Source: Octopus sinensis (lineage: Eukaryota). Taken from it: 64,000 bases of DNA. Location of the stretch: contig NC_043013.1 in the NCBI RefSeq assembly GCF_006345805.1, positions 7,812,001 through 7,876,000 on the forward strand. Reading direction: 5' to 3'. This document shows, in pieces, positions 61,086 to 64,000 of the stretch. The notes under the pieces were generated by a model. That model was given only the letters and a program-made list of their open reading frames with translations, made no database searches and was not told the origin of the DNA. The position numbers and the translations under genes were made by a program. Position 1 is the stretch's first letter, and every line of letters begins with the position of its first letter.

Positions 61086-61518
61086 CTTGACTGAGTCAAA
61101 CATTAAAACCAACAACACCACCACCACCACCACCAATACCACCACCGCAACAACAACAACAAAGAATTTCTGTATTTAAGGCTAGGGTTAGTTGTAGCAG
61201 CAGAAGTCACAATTGCAGCAGTTTATATATAAAATATGATTAAATGAGTCATTTCACCATTATGTATTTGATATTTTTGTATTCATTGTCATTATATAAT
61301 TATGCTTTTATCACTGATTCAAATAAAAATATCAGTAGCTATTTTCTTTTTATCACAAATACGTCTAACTAAAATACATAGCAGCAATCAACAATCTCTC
61401 TGAACATTTGATCCTCTTGCAGAACAGACTGGAGAAGGTCCAAAGTGAGCCAAGATGCAAGGAATTATGCCAAAAAAAATCATTGGGACTTTTTAGAAGA
61501 TAAAGTATCTAATTAATC

Positions 61519-61560
61519 TTATTTATGATAATAATAATAATAATAATGAAAAAAATAATA

Positions 61561-61627
<67 letters not shown>

Positions 61628-61747
61628 CAAAAATAATAATAATGATAATAATATAATGATAATAATAATAATATAATAATAATAATATATAATAATAATA
61701 ATATGAAAAAAATAATAATAATGATAATGATAATAATAATAATAATG

Positions 61748-61783
<36 letters not shown>

Positions 61784-61806
61784 TAATGATGATGATGATG
61801 ATGATG

Positions 61807-61848
<42 letters not shown>

Positions 61849-61881
61849 TAATAATAATATAATAATAATAATGATGATGAA

Positions 61882-61913
<32 letters not shown>

Positions 61914-61981
61914 TGATGAAAATAATAATAATAATAATGATGATGAAAATAATAATAATAATAATAATAATAATGATGATG

Positions 61982-62027
<46 letters not shown>

Positions 62028-62093
62028 AAAATAATAATATAATAATAATAATAATAATAATAATGAAAAAAATAATAATAATGATAATGATAA

Positions 62094-62148
<55 letters not shown>

Positions 62149-62194
62149 AAAAAATAATAATAATGATAATGAATAATAATAAATAATGATAATA

Positions 62195-62227
<33 letters not shown>

Positions 62228-62357
62228 TGATGATGATGAATGATGATGATAATAATAATAATAATAATAATATAATAATAATAATAATAATGAAAATAAT
62301 AATAATAATAATGATGATGAAAATAATAATAATAATAATAATAATAATGATGATGAA

Positions 62358-62442
<85 letters not shown>

Positions 62443-62443
62443 T
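61519..62443. repeat. ~925-bp compound (AAT)n/(GAT)n microsatellite
   Basis: Direct reading; source of the poly-I/Y/L/N ORF artefacts. Confidence 0.97.
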
Positions 62444-62983
62444 GCTCTGATGCAGTACCAAGTAGTGGCTCGCGTGGCTTCTGATCTTAACTGATTGGAA
62501 GTGTTATCATGTACATTGTTTTGTCTTGGTATAAAAAGATGGGCTACAGCAAATATTCTGCTCAGTACCACAGATTTGCTTGTCTGTTGTTTGACCATAA
62601 CCATTTGAGCATGTCCCTTAGTGGCTGACAATATGTGCATCTCTGATCATGAGCAGAAGTAGTGGGGGAGCATCATAGCCATGTGATGAGAGGGATTCTT
62701 TGGGGTTTGAATAATTCACCTCTGGAAACATGTATGTTTTGTTCAACATCCTTAAACAACCCTTATTCGGGGACCTTTTGAGCGGGATGAGTTACTTGAC
62801 CAGAAGTCCCACCTGCAAGGTCATGTGCTGTTTATCTTGATATGAGATCACCGTGTCGTGCACATATGGTTGTGATACATGTGCGTAGTGTACCCTTATC
62901 AAATGGATAGTCATGATGGGTATACTGGGCTTCATATATTTTACCTCAGTGTCACTTTGATGGCATGCACTGCTCTCTCACTC
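62444..62983. mobile_element. ~540-bp non-coding element flanked on both sides by (AAT)n
   Basis: Complex sequence with sharp boundaries between AAT arrays (..aataatatgctctgatgc.. / ..ctcactcaataataataat). Affinity to TAA-targeting Dong/R4 LINEs is an inference. Confidence 0.5.
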
Positions 62984-63458
62984 AATAATAATAATTTCTA
63001 TTATGGGCATAAGGCTTGAAATTTTGTAGTTGATGGCTACCTGAGATTTCCTTGGTCCCCAGTGCTTGACTGGTACTTATTTCATCAGCTCCAAAAGAAT
63101 AAAAGGTGAAGACGTCCCCAGAGGAATTTGAACTCAGAACATAAATAGGCAGAAGATATGCCACTAAGCATTTAATCTAATCTGCTAATGATTCTGCCAT
63201 CTTGCCATCTTTATAAATGTTCCAAATTTTGACAAAATGCCAAAAAGTTTCGGTGGTGGAGGTATTTAGTTGATTGTGTTGACCCCAGTAGTTGACTGGT
63301 ACCTAATTTTATTGAAACCCTTGAAAAGATGATTAGCAGAGTTACCTGAGCAAGTGCAGACACTCGCAAATATGAATATTATCAATTTCGTTTGTGTGTG
63401 ATGCGAAGTGATACATTTGAATGAGTTTGCATGTTAAATGATTGCTCTACAGTTATAC

Positions 63459-63772
63459 GTAGTGGAGGCACATGGCTTAGTGGTTAGAGCAGCAAACTCG
63501 CAATCAAGGAATTGCTGGTTCAAATCTCAGACCAGGCAATGTGTGTGCTTATGAGAGAAACACCTAAGCTCCACGCGGCTCCGGGAGAAGGTAATGGTGA
63601 ACTTCTGCTGACTCTTTTGCCACAACTTTCTCTCACTCTTTCCTCCTGCATCTAGCAGCTCACCTGCGACGGACCAGCGTCCCGTCCAGGTGAGGAACCT
63701 ATATGCCAATGAAACCAGGAAACTGGCCATTATGAGCCAGGGATGGCTTCAGAAGGAACAAACAACAACAAT
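63459..63772 (+). mobile_element. tRNA-derived SINE (ggaggc head) with a different 3' module and (AAC)n tail
   Basis: Head and ctccacg.ggctccgg..caactttctctcactc body shared with 50190-50573; 3' part cctgcgacggaccagcgtcccgtccagg differs. Confidence 0.7.
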
Positions 63773-63899
63773 AGTTATATGTAAGTAGACACACTTGGTC
63801 CTGCAGTGAAACCTCTTCCTCTTTTTTTCTTTTTTTCTTTCTTTTTGTTTTTGCTGTTGAACAACATGTTAAGAAGAGAAAGTTACGATCATGGTTCTT

Positions 63900-64000
63900 T
63901 TACTCTTTTACTTATTTCAGTCATTTTGACTGGCCATACTGGAGCACTGCCCTTTAGTCAAGCAAATCCACCCCGGGACTTATTCTTTGTAAGCCTAGTA
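63900..64000 (-). mobile_element. 3' end of CORE-type SINE, truncated by window edge
   Basis: tactcttttactt..tcagtcatt..ggagcac..gggacttattctttgtaagcctagta. Confidence 0.8.

Noticed and set aside
61405-61505. Acceptor cctcttgcag followed by NRLEKVQSEPRCKELCQKKSLGLFRR*
   Set aside because: No recognisable protein; LEKVQ could equally be a CR1 RT relic; no partner exons found.
62444-62530. HDV-like ribozyme fold at the end of the AAT-flanked element
   Set aside because: Could not build consistent P1/P2/P1.1 pairings by eye; needs a structure-based search.
61519-62640. 373-aa and 312-aa ORFs rich in I/Y/L/H
   Set aside because: Translations of the (AAT)n/(GAT)n array; no stop codons in those frames by composition alone.

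Overview
AT-rich, microsatellite- and SINE-dense animal genomic DNA. The repeat families point to an octopus (coleoid cephalopod); this is an inference. Four intron-containing genes can be assembled by hand from GT-AG exons, most of which the ORF track misses or misframes. They are the last exon of a probable CED-6/GULP1 gene (+, 151-231), AK6 (-, 4 coding exons, 174 aa, 4094-13437), PARP16 (+, 6 exons, 332 aa with C-terminal membrane anchor, 19809-36848) and ARMC6 (-, 5 coding exons, 469 aa, 42768-50150). The rest is mostly mobile DNA. It includes a young 5'-truncated RTE LINE with a C4HC3 PHD-type finger inside its RT region, many RTE 3' tails, several tRNA-derived SINE families and a Penelope-like element with inverted terminal repeats. 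It also holds mariner remnants, Helitron, hAT, piggyBac and Merlin-type MITEs, and an unusual number of long fold-back hairpins. The most interesting signal is a minimal, dimer-type hammerhead ribozyme core (56941-56986, - strand). It appears to be the 3' module of a tRNA-headed SINE that was later split by an RTE insertion. Most ORF-track entries are repeat or microsatellite artefacts.
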